The position numbers and the translations under genes were made by a program. The notes under the pieces are model-generated. The model saw nothing but the letters and a program-made list of their open reading frames with translations, did not search any database and had not been told where the DNA came from. A stretch of 64,000 bases of DNA from Vicinamibacteria bacterium (lineage in GTDB: Bacteria > Acidobacteriota > Vicinamibacteria > Fen-336), in contig JBFWVE010000001.1 of NCBI GenBank assembly GCA_050246895.1, positions 826,722-890,721 of the forward strand. Reading direction: 5' to 3'. How positions within the stretch are numbered: position 1 is the first letter of the stretch; every line of letters begins with the position of its first letter. This document shows positions 41,182 through 51,293 of this stretch, in pieces.

Positions 41182-43632
41182 ATGTCCATCTGGAGCGATA
41201 GCCTGGCCGACCTGCGCCGCGCGGGCCGGGGTCTCCTGCGCACGCCGGCGTTCACCCTGACGGCCATCGCCACGCTGGCACTCGGCATCGGAGCCGACAG
41301 CGCCATGTTCAGCGTGGTGGACGCGGTGCTGCTGCGGCCGCTGCCGTACTCGAAGCCCGAGTCCCGGGTGGTGCTCTGGAGCCGCTGGGAGGGCTTCGAC
41401 AAGACCTGGGTGTCCGAGGCCGAGGTGCTGGACTACGCGAAGCTGCCGAGCGTCGAGCAGGTGGCTGCCTGGTCGGGGGGCCAGGCCAACCTGACGGGCG
41501 ACGGCGAAGCCTCGCGAGTGGGGCGCGCCGCGGTCACGGCGAACGTGTTCGAGACGCTGGGGTCGCCGCTGCTGCTCGGCCGCGGATTCAGCCCCGAGGA
41601 GGATCGCGAGGGCGGCGAGGCCGTCGTCGTGCTGTCGCACGGGCTCTGGCGCCGCGCCTTCGGCGGCGATCCCGGCATCCTCGGCCGCAGCGTGGAGCTG
41701 GACTCGATCCCGCGCCGCGTGGTGGGCGTCGCCGCGCCAGGCTTCCGGCTGCCGACGGACTTCAGCGTCGACGCCGCCGAGCCGAGCGAGCTGTGGACCC
41801 CGCTGCAGATGAACACGGCGAGCCCGCAGCGCGGCAGCCACGGGCTCTACGCCGCCGCCTCGCTGCGGCCGGGCAGGAGCGTCTCCGGGCTGAACGCGGA
41901 GCTGCGCGCGCTGACGGCGCGCCTCACGCGCGAGGGCCTGTACCCGGAGCCGATGCGTTTCACGGCGCTCGCGGTGCCGGTCGCGGAGGAGGTCCAGGGC
42001 GGCGTGCGGCCCGCGCTGCTGCTGCTGACGGGCGCCGTCGCCTGCCTGCTGCTGATCGCCTGCGCCAACGTGGCGAACCTGCTGCTGGCGCGGGCCGAGG
42101 CGCGACAGCGCGAGATCGCCGTCAAGAGCGCGCTCGGCGCCAGCCAGTGGCGCATCGCGCGCCAACTGCTGGCCGAGGGCCTGGTGCTGGCGCTGCCGAG
42201 CGGCGCTCTCGGGCTGGCGCTCGGCCAGGCGGGCGTGCGGCTGCTGCTCGCGAGCGGCGCCTCCGGCGTGCCGCGGGCCAGCGAGGCCGGCCTCGACCTG
42301 CGGGTGCTGGGCGCGACCGCTCTCGTCGCCCTGGCCGCGACCCTGCTCTTCAGCCTGGCGCCCGCCCTGCGCGTGCTGCGGCTGAACCTCAACGACTCGC
42401 TGCGCGACGGCGCTCACGCCTCTGCCGGCGGGCGCCGCCAGCGACTGCGCGGGGCGCTCGTGGTGGGGGAGGTCGCAATCTCGGTGGTGCTGCTGGTCGG
42501 CGCCGGACTGCTGCTGCGCAGCCTGCATGCCTTGCAGTCGCTGGAGCTGGGCTTCGAGCCGCGAGGCGCCCTGACCGCGCGAATCTCGCTGCCGCGGGCC
42601 GACTACCCGGAGGCGGCCTCCCGGGTCGCCTTCTATCGCCGGCTGCTCGAGGCGGTGCGGGCGCTGCCGGGCGTGGAGCACGCGGGCCTCGTGCGCTCGC
42701 TTCCGCTCGGCGCGCAGATCGGCGACTGGGGCCTGGCGATCGAGGGCTATACGCCGCCGCACGGCCATCACGCGAAGGGCGACTGGCAGGTGGCGAGCGA
42801 GGGCGCGCTGCCGGCGCTCGGCGAGCGCGTCGCGCGCGGACGCGACTTCGCCGAATCCGACGGGCCCGACGCCCCGCCGGTGGCCCTCGTCAACGAGACG
42901 CTCGCGCGGAGCTACTGGCCGGGCCAGGACCCGCTCGGGCGCCGGATGCGCATGGGCAGCGACGCGCCGCGGCCGTGGCTGACGGTGGTCGGTGTCGTGG
43001 CCGACGTGAGGCACAACGGCGTGCTGGCGCCGATCAAGGAGAAGTTCTACGTGCCGCAGGCGCAGTTCCACATCTCGACCGGCAACTCCCCGCAAGGCAT
43101 GACGCTCGTCGTGCGCAGCGCCGGCGAGCTGACGGGGCTGGCGGCCCCGATCCGCGCGATCCTGCGAGGGCTCGATCCGAAGGTGCCGCTGGCGGGCGTG
43201 CGGCCGCTGACCGAGGTGGTGGCCGAGGCGCTGCGGACGCAGCGCCTGGCCGGGATGCTGCTCGGCCTCTTCGCGGCGCTGGCCTTGCTGCTCGCGGGCG
43301 TGGGGCTGTACGGGGTGATCGCGTATCTGGTCGGCCTGCGCACGCAGGAGGTGGGCATCCGGATGGCGCTGGGCGCGGACGCCGCGGACGTGCTGCGCCT
43401 CGTTCTCGGCGGCGCGCTGCGCCTGTCGCTCGCGGGCACGGCTCTCGGGCTGCTGGGCGCCCTGGGGCTCGCGCGGTTGCTCGGCAGCCTGCTGCACGAG
43501 GTGAAGCCCCACGATCCCGCGACCTATGCGGCCGTCGCGGCCGCGCTGCTGCTGGTCGCGCTGGGGGCGAGCTACCTGCCGGCGCGCAAGGCGACGCGCA
43601 TCGATCCCCTGCGAGCCCTGCGCACCGAGTAG
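41182..43632 (+). CDS. ADOP-type (double FtsX/MacB-like) ABC permease without adjacent ATPase
   Basis: ATG follows a GAGGGAGAG RBS, in frame within track ORF 39760..43632. The 816-aa protein has two MacB_PCD plus FtsX units (…FSVVDAVLLRPLPY…, C-terminal …IDPLRALRTE). Confidence 0.85.
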   Translation: MSIWSDSLADLRRAGRGLLRTPAFTLTAIATLALGIGADSAMFSVVDAVLLRPLPYSKPESRVVLWSRWEGFDKTWVSEAEVLDYAKLPSVEQVAAWSGGQANLTGDGEASRVGRAAVTANVFETLGSPLLLGRGFSPEEDREGGEAVVVLSHGLWRRAFGGDPGILGRSVELDSIPRRVVGVAAPGFRLPTDFSVDAAEPSELWTPLQMNTASPQRGSHGLYAAASLRPGRSVSGLNAELRALTARLTREGLYPEPMRFTALAVPVAEEVQGGVRPALLLLTGAVACLLLIACANVANLLLARAEARQREIAVKSALGASQWRIARQLLAEGLVLALPSGALGLALGQAGVRLLLASGASGVPRASEAGLDLRVLGATALVALAATLLFSLAPALRVLRLNLNDSLRDGAHASAGGRRQRLRGALVVGEVAISVVLLVGAGLLLRSLHALQSLELGFEPRGALTARISLPRADYPEAASRVAFYRRLLEAVRALPGVEHAGLVRSLPLGAQIGDWGLAIEGYTPPHGHHAKGDWQVASEGALPALGERVARGRDFAESDGPDAPPVALVNETLARSYWPGQDPLGRRMRMGSDAPRPWLTVVGVVADVRHNGVLAPIKEKFYVPQAQFHISTGNSPQGMTLVVRSAGELTGLAAPIRAILRGLDPKVPLAGVRPLTEVVAEALRTQRLAGMLLGLFAALALLLAGVGLYGVIAYLVGLRTQEVGIRMALGADAADVLRLVLGGALRLSLAGTALGLLGALGLARLLGSLLHEVKPHDPATYAAVAAALLLVALGASYLPARKATRIDPLRALRTE

Positions 43633-43638
43633 CGCCCG

Positions 43639-44697
43639 CTATTCGTAGCGGACGAGAGAGACCTTCAGCCGGCGCTCCTGCTGCGCCGAGGGCAGCCACT
43701 GGATCAGGATCGGGCTCTGGTACTTCCCGAGCACCACCGGCCCGCAGCCGTCGGAGAGCAGGAAGCTCACCTGCCGCCGCAGGCGCAGGAAGCGCACGGC
43801 CGGGTAGGAGATCGCGCGCACCAGCAGGCGCTCGAACGACGACTGGCTGATGCCGAGCGCCGCCATCGTCTCGTTGAAGATGTGGATCAGGTCGTAGCTC
43901 ACGTAGTCGAGCGTCTTGTGCGGCACGGCGCGCGGGTCGCGCAGGACGTTGCGAGCCTTCAGGGCCATGAAGTGCAGCGGGTTCCTCAGCACCTCGGGCA
44001 GGTCGTGCCGCATCAGCAGCGTCTCGAACTCGTTGACCGTGAGGCCCGCGTGGCGCTCGCCCGGTGACAACGACAGGTCGAGCCGGCCGCGCCCGATGCC
44101 GAGCTGGCGCGCGCGGTCCGCGATCTCCTCGAGCAGGCCCAGCCGGGAGTCGCGCAGGTTGAGCGAGTCGACGGAGTGGCCCGAGACCGGGAAGCCCCGC
44201 TCGAAGGTCTCGACCACCTGCTCCCGGTTGTAGCCGACGATCGTGGTCTGCCGCTCGCGGCTCCCCTGCGGGCCGACGCCGTCGAGGTCGATCAGGTAGA
44301 CGGGCGAGGGCCCGCGCTGGACGTAGGTCGCGCAGTTGCTGAGCCCCGACGAGATGTAGGCGAGGTGCGAATCGCCGTTGCGCGGCTCGCTCACGCGCTG
44401 CTCGTCCGAGAGGTCCTCGCGCAGCTCGATCCGGTCGTGCCGGTAGTCGGCGCCGGAGGGGAACACGTTCTGGAACGCCCGCATGAAGGGATCGACGCGC
44501 TCGCGGCTGTGGTCGAGGCGGGCGAGCAGCGCCTGGTCCAGGTAGCCGGCGGTCGTGTGATAGGAGCAGTAGGTCGCGCGGCGATACGAGCGGAGGATGT
44601 CCCCGTGGTCCCTTTCGAGCACCCCGGTCACATCGATCGCATCGTAACGTCCGCGCGGCCGGAGGCGGAGGGTGAGCTCCGCAGGCTCGGCCGTCAT
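43639..44697 (-). CDS. YjbQ/UPF0047-like protein with C-terminal extension
   Basis: Start taken at the internal Met (MTAEPAELTLRL...). ...YCSYHTTAGYL... and ...GADYRHD...NGDSHLAYISSGLSNCATYV match YjbQ core motifs. About 170 extra C-terminal residues are of unknown function. Confidence 0.5.
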   Translation of the reverse strand: MTAEPAELTLRLRPRGRYDAIDVTGVLERDHGDILRSYRRATYCSYHTTAGYLDQALLARLDHSRERVDPFMRAFQNVFPSGADYRHDRIELREDLSDEQRVSEPRNGDSHLAYISSGLSNCATYVQRGPSPVYLIDLDGVGPQGSRERQTTIVGYNREQVVETFERGFPVSGHSVDSLNLRDSRLGLLEEIADRARQLGIGRGRLDLSLSPGERHAGLTVNEFETLLMRHDLPEVLRNPLHFMALKARNVLRDPRAVPHKTLDYVSYDLIHIFNETMAALGISQSSFERLLVRAISYPAVRFLRLRRQVSFLLSDGCGPVVLGKYQSPILIQWLPSAQQERRLKVSLVRYE

Positions 44698-44822
44698 TCG
44701 GCCCCTATGGTGGCACGGGGAGGCGCTCGGCTCAAAGTCCAGCACCCAGCACCCCGCTTCGCCCGGGCACGCTTCATGCTGCCGCATTCCGGCAAGCGGT
44801 TCCTCGGAAGCTGCAGGGGGGC

Positions 44823-46553
44823 GTGCCGATGGTCTCCGAGCCGAGAGAGCTGGAAGCCCGCATCGACGAGCTCGCCGGGCAGCTCGCCGACGTGCGCCTG
44901 CGGCTCGTGGCGTTGGAGCGGCAGCGAACGGAGCCCGCGCTCCCGGCGGCGGGCGCGGCTTCGGAGCGGGTGGCGGGAGCGCAGGCGACGCTCGCCTCCG
45001 GGGAGGTTCCGGCCGAACCCGCCACCTGGGTGGCGCTGGCCGGTCGTGGCCTGCTCGTCCTGGGCGGCGCCTACCTGCTGCGCGCGCTGACCGACGAGGG
45101 CCTGGTTCCGCCTGGGCTGGGACTCGCCCTGGGCCTCGGCTACGTGGCCTTCTGGCTCCTCCTCGCCGACCTGCGGAGGGCCCCCGAGCGCGCCGCCGGC
45201 ACCGCCGTGGCCGGCATCGTCGCGCTGCTGGTCGGGTTCCCGCTCGTGCTGGAGAGCGTGGCGCGCTTCCGCATTCTCGGCGAGGCGGGTGGCGCCGCCT
45301 GCGTCCTCGCGCTGTTCTGGGCCGGGCTCGTGGTCGCCCGCCGCCGCGGCCTCGTCGTGCTCGCCTGGCTCGCCACGCTGGGCGCGCTCGGGGCCTCGTT
45401 CGGCCTGCTGATCGGCACGCGCCGGCTGGTGCTGTTCACCGCCCTGATGCTGCTGATCGCGGCCCGGGTCGAGGCGCTCGCGTTCCGCGATCGCTGGCTG
45501 GGCCTGCGCTGGCCCACCGCCGCCGCCGTCGACGCCGCGCTGGCGCTGGCGCTGACGCTCGCGCTGCGCGAGGGCGGGCCACCCGAGAGCTACGCGCCGC
45601 TCTCGCTCGAGGCCGTCGCCGCGCTCGGCCTGCTGCTGCCGCTGCTCTACCTGGGCGGCGCCGCGCTGCGCACGCTGCTGCACGACCGGCCGGTGGCGGC
45701 GTTCGAGGCCGCGCAGACGCCCCTGGCACTGATCCTCGGCCTGGGTGGCGCGTCGCGGGCGCTGGCCGCCGCAGGCGTCAGCGGCGCGTGGGTGGGGGTC
45801 GAGGCGCTGCTGCTCGGTCTGGGCTGTTACGCCGCCGCCTTCGGTGCGATCGAGCGGCGCGCGGGCCAGGGGCTGACCTTCTACGCCTACACCAGCCTGG
45901 GTGTCGTGCTGGCACTCTCCGGCAGCTCCCTGATCCTGCCGCCTCTCGCGCTCGCCGCTCTGTGGTCGCTGCTGGCGGTGGCGGCCGCCTACGCAGGAGT
46001 CCGCTACGGCCGGGCCACGCTGCGCTCTCACGCGGTGGTGTTCCTGGCCGCGGCCGGCGCCGTCTCGGGGCTGCTCGGCGGCGCGGGGCGCGCGCTGACG
46101 GCGTCGAGCGGCGGCGCTCCGCCGCTCGGCGCCGGCGCGCTGTTGGCGCTCGCCGCGATGGCGGCGGCCTACGTCCTGCTCGAGCGTGCCGGTGACGGCG
46201 AGCCCGCGCAACTGATGCCGAGGCTGGCCGCGCTGGCGCTGCTGGGCAGCGGCCTGCTGGGCACGTCGGTGGCGGTGCTCGCCGGCCTGCTCGGCGCGAA
46301 CGCCGACGCCGGCTGGCTGGCGGCCGTCCGCAGCGCGGGCATCGCGGGCGCCGCCGTGGTGCTCGCCGCCGGCGGACGCAGCCCGCGTCGCCCGGAGCTC
46401 GCCTGGCTCAGCTATGCGACGCTCGGCCTGGGAGCGCTGCACCTGCTGGCGGACGACCTGCCGCACGGGCGGCCCGCCACCTTGATGGTGGCGTTCGCGC
46501 TCTACGGAGGCGCTCTGCTCGTCGTCCCGCGCCTGCTGGCAACGCGCCGCTGA
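44823..46553 (+). CDS. Polytopic integral membrane protein with N-terminal coiled-coil (hypothetical)
   Basis: A coiled-coil-like ELEARIDELAGQLADVRLRLVALE precedes at least 12 hydrophobic segments. The product is Ala/Leu/Gly-rich but follows a regular TM periodicity, unlike the antisense ORFs. Confidence 0.6.
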   Translation: MPMVSEPRELEARIDELAGQLADVRLRLVALERQRTEPALPAAGAASERVAGAQATLASGEVPAEPATWVALAGRGLLVLGGAYLLRALTDEGLVPPGLGLALGLGYVAFWLLLADLRRAPERAAGTAVAGIVALLVGFPLVLESVARFRILGEAGGAACVLALFWAGLVVARRRGLVVLAWLATLGALGASFGLLIGTRRLVLFTALMLLIAARVEALAFRDRWLGLRWPTAAAVDAALALALTLALREGGPPESYAPLSLEAVAALGLLLPLLYLGGAALRTLLHDRPVAAFEAAQTPLALILGLGGASRALAAAGVSGAWVGVEALLLGLGCYAAAFGAIERRAGQGLTFYAYTSLGVVLALSGSSLILPPLALAALWSLLAVAAAYAGVRYGRATLRSHAVVFLAAAGAVSGLLGGAGRALTASSGGAPPLGAGALLALAAMAAAYVLLERAGDGEPAQLMPRLAALALLGSGLLGTSVAVLAGLLGANADAGWLAAVRSAGIAGAAVVLAAGGRSPRRPELAWLSYATLGLGALHLLADDLPHGRPATLMVAFALYGGALLVVPRLLATRR

Positions 46554-46614
46554 CGCAGGCGGCGCGCCGATCGCGCGCCTGCTCGGCCCGCGGACGTTCC
46601 CGCTCGCGGGCGGC

Positions 46615-47805
46615 TCAGGCCTGCTGCTGCGTCTGCGCGGCCTCGTGCTGCCACGGCGGCAGCAGCTTCACCAGCAGCCACAGGATGCCGAAGGGCAGCA
46701 GCATCACCAGGATCGCGGGCAGCATTCCCTCGCGCGTGGCGAAGCCCATCTTGTAGGTCGTGTAGCCGAGGAAGCTCTTCGAGAAGAGCTGCCCGCCGAT
46801 CACCACGTTCCAGCGCATCGCGAAGATCCCGATCAGGGTCAGCGCTCCCGCCAGCACGTAGAGCCCGCGGCGGGCGGCGCCCGACAGGTTGACCACCTGC
46901 ACGAAGGCCAGGATCGCGATCGGCAGCACCGCGCCCAGCATGATCTGCAGCACGATCTGCGACGTATAGAGCTTGGTGTGCACCATGAAGTCGAGCGTCT
47001 TGAAGGACTCGTCGGCCTCGTAGATGCGGTGCAGGATGTCGAGCAGCTCCAGCGAGAAGTCGACCACGAACGCGTAGAGCAGGTAGCGCGCGGTGGTGTC
47101 GACGCAGCTCATGTCGATCTGCCGGCCTTTTAGCCAGGTGACCAGCATGTACATCAGCAGCACCAGCGCGATGCCCGAGACGATCGCCGAGAACAGGAAC
47201 ACGATCGGCATCAGCGGCGTCGACCACCAGGGGTTCGCCTTGATCGAGCCGAAGATGAAGCCGACGTAGCCGTGCAGCAGGAAGGCGGAGGGGATGCCGA
47301 TCAGCGTCACGAACCAGCCGACCCTGTCGTCGACGCGCAGGGCCCCCTCGCTGATGTTGTCGGAGCCCAGCGTCAGCGCCTTGTAGAGCAGCCGCCTCGG
47401 CCCGCTCGAGCTGCGCGCGAGCAGCACGATGTCCTTGCGGTAGTCGAGCCAGATCTCCAGCAGCAGCACCGCCATCAGGTACCACAGGTAGACGAAGCCG
47501 AACATCGCCATCGCCGACGAGGTGTGCGGCGTGAGGTACATCTCGAACGAGCGCTCCGGCCTGCCGAGGTGCATCTGCAGCGGCAGCGGCGCGACGATCA
47601 GGAACGACAGCGCCGTCAGCAGCGCCAGCCGGTAGGTGGGCTTGACCGCCTCGACGCGGAAGATCCGCTCCAGCGAGGCCAGGATGAAGGCGCCGGCCAC
47701 CAGCCCCGTGATGAACGGGTAGAGCACGATCAGGACACTCCACTGCAGCTCGATCTCGTTCGGGTACATGAAGCCTTCGACGCCGTGCAGCAGGCTCTCT
47801 TGCAT
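46615..47805 (-). CDS. NrfD/PsrC-family quinol-interacting membrane subunit
   Basis: The 396-aa protein has 8-10 TM helices (…LVIAPLPLQMHLGRPERSFEMYL…) typical of NrfD/PsrC, and sits downstream of the FeS subunit. Confidence 0.9.
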   Translation of the reverse strand: MQESLLHGVEGFMYPNEIELQWSVLIVLYPFITGLVAGAFILASLERIFRVEAVKPTYRLALLTALSFLIVAPLPLQMHLGRPERSFEMYLTPHTSSAMAMFGFVYLWYLMAVLLLEIWLDYRKDIVLLARSSSGPRRLLYKALTLGSDNISEGALRVDDRVGWFVTLIGIPSAFLLHGYVGFIFGSIKANPWWSTPLMPIVFLFSAIVSGIALVLLMYMLVTWLKGRQIDMSCVDTTARYLLYAFVVDFSLELLDILHRIYEADESFKTLDFMVHTKLYTSQIVLQIMLGAVLPIAILAFVQVVNLSGAARRGLYVLAGALTLIGIFAMRWNVVIGGQLFSKSFLGYTTYKMGFATREGMLPAILVMLLPFGILWLLVKLLPPWQHEAAQTQQQA

Positions 47806-47815
47806 GTGGCTCTCC

Positions 47816-48580
47816 CTAACGCACCGAGCCGTCGAGGCCCGCGTAGTAGACCTTGGAGCCCGTCGCCATCTGCGGCTTCAGCACCTGCACCTTGTGCGTG
47901 CGCAGGAACTCGTGGATCGGGTCCGCCGGGTTCTTGAGGTCGGCCAGCACGCGCGCGCCGGTCGGGCAGCTCTCGCAGCAGGCGGTGGTCAGCCCCTTGG
48001 TGATGCGGTGGTAGCAGAGGTTGCACTTGTCGACCGTGTTGGTGCGCGGGTCGATGAAGCGGCACCCGTAGGGGCAGGCCTGCACGCAGTAGCGGCAGCC
48101 GAGGCAGTAGGACTTGTCCACCAGCACGACGCCGTCCGGGGACTCGAAGGTGGCCCCCACCGGACACACCTGCACGCAGGGCGAGTGCGCGCAGTGGTTG
48201 CACAGCTTGGGCACGAAGAAGTTCTTGGAGCCGTCGCCCGGGCGGTACTTCTCGGGGAAGCCGTCGTAGCCGCCGTTCGGCGAGTCCACCTGCGGGTGCT
48301 CGATGTCGCCGCCCGGCACGTGGTAGCGCTCGACCCAGGTCCTGAAGTAGTACGGTTCGCGCGGGACGTCGTTCTCTTCCTTGCAGGCGCGCACGCAGTT
48401 GCCGCAGCCGATGCACTTCTCGACGTCGATCGCCATCGCCCACCAGTGCTCGCTGAGCTTGTAGTTCGGGGCGGCCTCGGGCGTGCCCGCGAGCACGCTG
48501 TCCCAGGCGCTGGCGGCGGCTCCCGTCAGCAGCAGCCAGGTCGTCGACTTCGCGAGGAACTCCCGGCGGTCGGTAGTCAC
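47816..48580 (-). CDS. 4Fe-4S ferredoxin-type subunit (NrfC/PsrB/DmsB-like) with Tat signal
   Basis: A GTG start follows a GGAGGA RBS. The Tat-like …TTDRREFLAKSTTWLLLTGAAASA and four CxxCxxCxxxCP clusters (CIGCGNCVRAC, CNHCAHSPCVQVCP, CLGCRYCVQACP, CNLCYHR…CCESCP) are present. Confidence 0.85.
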   Translation of the reverse strand: MTTDRREFLAKSTTWLLLTGAAASAWDSVLAGTPEAAPNYKLSEHWWAMAIDVEKCIGCGNCVRACKEENDVPREPYYFRTWVERYHVPGGDIEHPQVDSPNGGYDGFPEKYRPGDGSKNFFVPKLCNHCAHSPCVQVCPVGATFESPDGVVLVDKSYCLGCRYCVQACPYGCRFIDPRTNTVDKCNLCYHRITKGLTTACCESCPTGARVLADLKNPADPIHEFLRTHKVQVLKPQMATGSKVYYAGLDGSVR

Positions 48581-49050
48581 TTGCGTTCCTCCGGTGGCGA
48601 GCCGGGCTCGTGCGGCGAGTGGCACTCGATGCACAGACCCGTCTCGGCGTGGTCCTTGGGCACGATCTGCGGGAAGCTCGCGGGCTTGGCGACGTTCGCG
48701 ACGTGGCAGACGAGGCAGGTCGTGCGGCCGTCGGGCCGCGCGGGCTTCTGCTCCGGGTCCGCGGCGTGGGCGGCGAGGGCGCCGTGGCAGGCTTCGCAGG
48801 CGACGCGCGCGTGCTTGCCGGCCGCTCGCTTCGTGCCGACGTCGTCGTGGCAGGCGAGGCAGTCGGCCTGGCCGGCGAACCTGGCCGGGCGGACCTGGTT
48901 GTCCGCGATCGCGCCGGCGCGGAAGTGGCCGTACACGCCGAAGTCCGCCGGCACCAGGAACACCCGGGCCAGCAGGAACAGCGCGATGCCGGCGACGCAC
49001 AGCCCGGCCACGCGCACGAGGTGGTCGGCGTCCCGGAACAGCTCTCTCAT
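48577..49050 (-). CDS. Membrane-anchored tetraheme c-type cytochrome (NrfH/cyt c3-like)
   Basis: An N-terminal TM helix is followed by four CxxCH motifs (CLACH, CEACH, CLVCH, CIECH). The stop overlaps the FeS-subunit start. Confidence 0.8.
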   Translation of the reverse strand: MRELFRDADHLVRVAGLCVAGIALFLLARVFLVPADFGVYGHFRAGAIADNQVRPARFAGQADCLACHDDVGTKRAAGKHARVACEACHGALAAHAADPEQKPARPDGRTTCLVCHVANVAKPASFPQIVPKDHAETGLCIECHSPHEPGSPPEERK

Positions 49051-49288
49051 GCGGTGAGGTCTCCTTCTCTCGCGGGGACGAGAAGCCCTGGTTGCGCGTT
49101 GCTCGCTGGATGACTACGGGCGACTGGGGCGTTAGGTCAGCAAGAGCCGTTCCGGCCGCCTCCGGCCCGGCTACCGGCCTCGCCGCGACAGGAATGCGGG
49201 CGAAAGACGCGCCCTGCGCGCAAAACGCGCGCGCATCGTGCGTTCTGTCTGCTTGGGTCGCCTCGGCCGCTCTCGCGAGCCCCGGCCG

Positions 49289-50485
49289 TCAGTCGTCCTC
49301 GGCCTCGGGGTGTCGGCGCTCGCGCCGGCCGAGCAGGCTCGCCCGGGTCAGGGCATCGGGGCCGAAGCGGCCCGAGACGAGGTCGCGCAGGTGGTCGGCC
49401 GCCGAGGGTGGCTTCGGGAAGAGGTCGAGCTGGGGCGGTTCCTCGAGGCCCGAGGCGGAGACGCCCAGCAGGCGCACGCGCAAGCGGCCGTGGACGCCCT
49501 CGAAGAGCCGCGCGGCGACCGCGAAGATGGCGGCGCCCTCGTCGGTCGGCGCCGGCAGCGTGCTCGCGCGCGTGACGGTGCGGAAGCTCTCGTCCCGGTA
49601 CTTCAGCGTCAGCGTGCGCGCCTTGAGATCGGCCTTGCGCAGGCGCCGCGCGACGCCGTCCGCGAGATCGAGCAGCGTGCGGCGCAGCCGCTCGCGGTCG
49701 GCCGTGTCGCTGTCGTAGGTGTGCTCCTGCCCGATGCTCTTCGCGTCGCGTCCTTCCGCGATCACGGGCCGATCGTCTTCCCCGCGAGCGAGCGCCAGCA
49801 GGTCGAGGCCATGGCTGCCGAGCCGGCGCTCGAGCCGCCCGGGGTCGAGCCGTGCGAGATCGCCGATCGTCTGCACGCCGAGGCGCGCCAACTGCTCCTC
49901 GAGCTTGGGGCCCACGCCCCACAGCCGGCGCACCGGCAGCGGGGCGAGGAAGGCCGCCTCCTCGCCGGCGGGCGCCACCACCAGCCCGTCCGGCTTGCGC
50001 ATGTCGGACGCGATCTTCGCCACCAGCTTGCAGGCGGCGACGCCCACGGAGGCGGTGAGCGCCGTCTGGCCCCGGATGTCCTGCTTGATGCGCGCGGCGA
50101 TCTCGGGGCCGCTGCCGAACGCGCGCGCGCTGCCCGTGACGTCGAGGAAGGCCTCGTCGATCGAGAGCGGCTCGACCACGTCCGTGTAGCGCCGGAACAC
50201 GCCCATCACCTGCTTCGAGACCGCGGCGTACTTGCGCATGTCGACCGGCAGGTAGACGCCCTGCGGGCACAGCTTGAAGGCGCGCGAGACCGGCATCGCG
50301 CTGCCGACGCCGAAGCGCCGGGCCTCGTAGGAGGCGGTCGAGACGACACCGCGCCCGCGCCCGCCCTTCGGGTCCGCGCCGACGATCACGGGCCGGCCGC
50401 GCAGCTCCGGCCGGTCGCGCTGCTCGACGGCCGCGTAGAACGCGTCCATGTCTACGTGCAGGATCGCCCGCGCGCCCATCACCAA
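49289..50485 (-). CDS. dinB: DNA polymerase IV
   Basis: ILHVDMDAFYAAVEQRDRPELRGRPVIVG... and ...SIDEAFLDVT... align along the full length with Y-family DinB. Confidence 0.9.
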   Translation of the reverse strand: MVMGARAILHVDMDAFYAAVEQRDRPELRGRPVIVGADPKGGRGRGVVSTASYEARRFGVGSAMPVSRAFKLCPQGVYLPVDMRKYAAVSKQVMGVFRRYTDVVEPLSIDEAFLDVTGSARAFGSGPEIAARIKQDIRGQTALTASVGVAACKLVAKIASDMRKPDGLVVAPAGEEAAFLAPLPVRRLWGVGPKLEEQLARLGVQTIGDLARLDPGRLERRLGSHGLDLLALARGEDDRPVIAEGRDAKSIGQEHTYDSDTADRERLRRTLLDLADGVARRLRKADLKARTLTLKYRDESFRTVTRASTLPAPTDEGAAIFAVAARLFEGVHGRLRVRLLGVSASGLEEPPQLDLFPKPPSAADHLRDLVSGRFGPDALTRASLLGRRERRHPEAEDD

Positions 50486-50610
50486 ATCCTAGCGGCAACC
50501 CGCTCCAGCCGGGGCCCTACACAACCGGCCAGGCCTGACCACGGTCGCAATGGCCTGGACCCTTGCAGACGCAGCATGACGCCGCGCCCCCCGAAAGGGG
50601 CGCGGGGTCA

Positions 50611-50660
50611 TGCGAGTGATTCCCCCTCCCCCCACGTGGGGAGGGGATAGGGGTGGGGGG
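50611..50660. repeat. G/C-rich palindromic intergenic repeat, copy B and most complete (GCGAGTGATTCCCCCTCCCCCC-ACGT-GGGGAGGGGATAGGGGTGGGGGG)
   Basis: An imperfect inverted repeat, preceded by the hairpin GCCGCGCCCC-CCGAAAGG-GGCGCGGGG at 50581-50607. It lies between the end of the BMC operon and dinB. Confidence 0.45.
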
Positions 50661-50705
50661 TCGATGAAAAGGGTGGGCGCTCGATGGACGACCGAAGGCC
50701 GAGGT

Positions 50706-51016
50706 CTAGTGCCCGAACGTCCGGCACTGGCCCGAGCCCACGCACGGCTTCCCGGGCTCGAGCACGCAGACATGGCCGCCCGCGTTCGGGCCGAGCAGGC
50801 CCAGGCTCGGATGCTCGTGGCCAGCGGCCGGGGCCACGGCGATCGCCACCGCAGTGGCGGCCGCCGGCGCGGCCGTCCGCCCCTCGGCGAGCGCGCGCAC
50901 CGCGCGCTCGAGCGCCGCCACGCGCCTTTCGAGGTCGGAGGCCTCCTGAGGGCCCGGCTCGCGGAGCTTCTGCAGCACCTCGGCCGTCAGCTCGCGGATG
51001 CGGGAATCGTCGAGCG

Positions 51017-51020
<4 letters not shown>
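50706..51020 (-). CDS. Small BMC-locus protein: N-terminal amphipathic helix, coiled-coil, C-terminal Cys/His-rich tail (hypothetical)
   Basis: The ATG overlaps the upstream BMC-P stop as ATGA. The product reads MTLDDSRIRELTAEVLQKLRE...DLERRVAALERAVRAL...HVCVLEPGKPCVGSGQCRTFGH. Confidence 0.5.
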
Positions 51021-51289
<269 letters not shown>

Positions 51290-51293
51290 TGAA

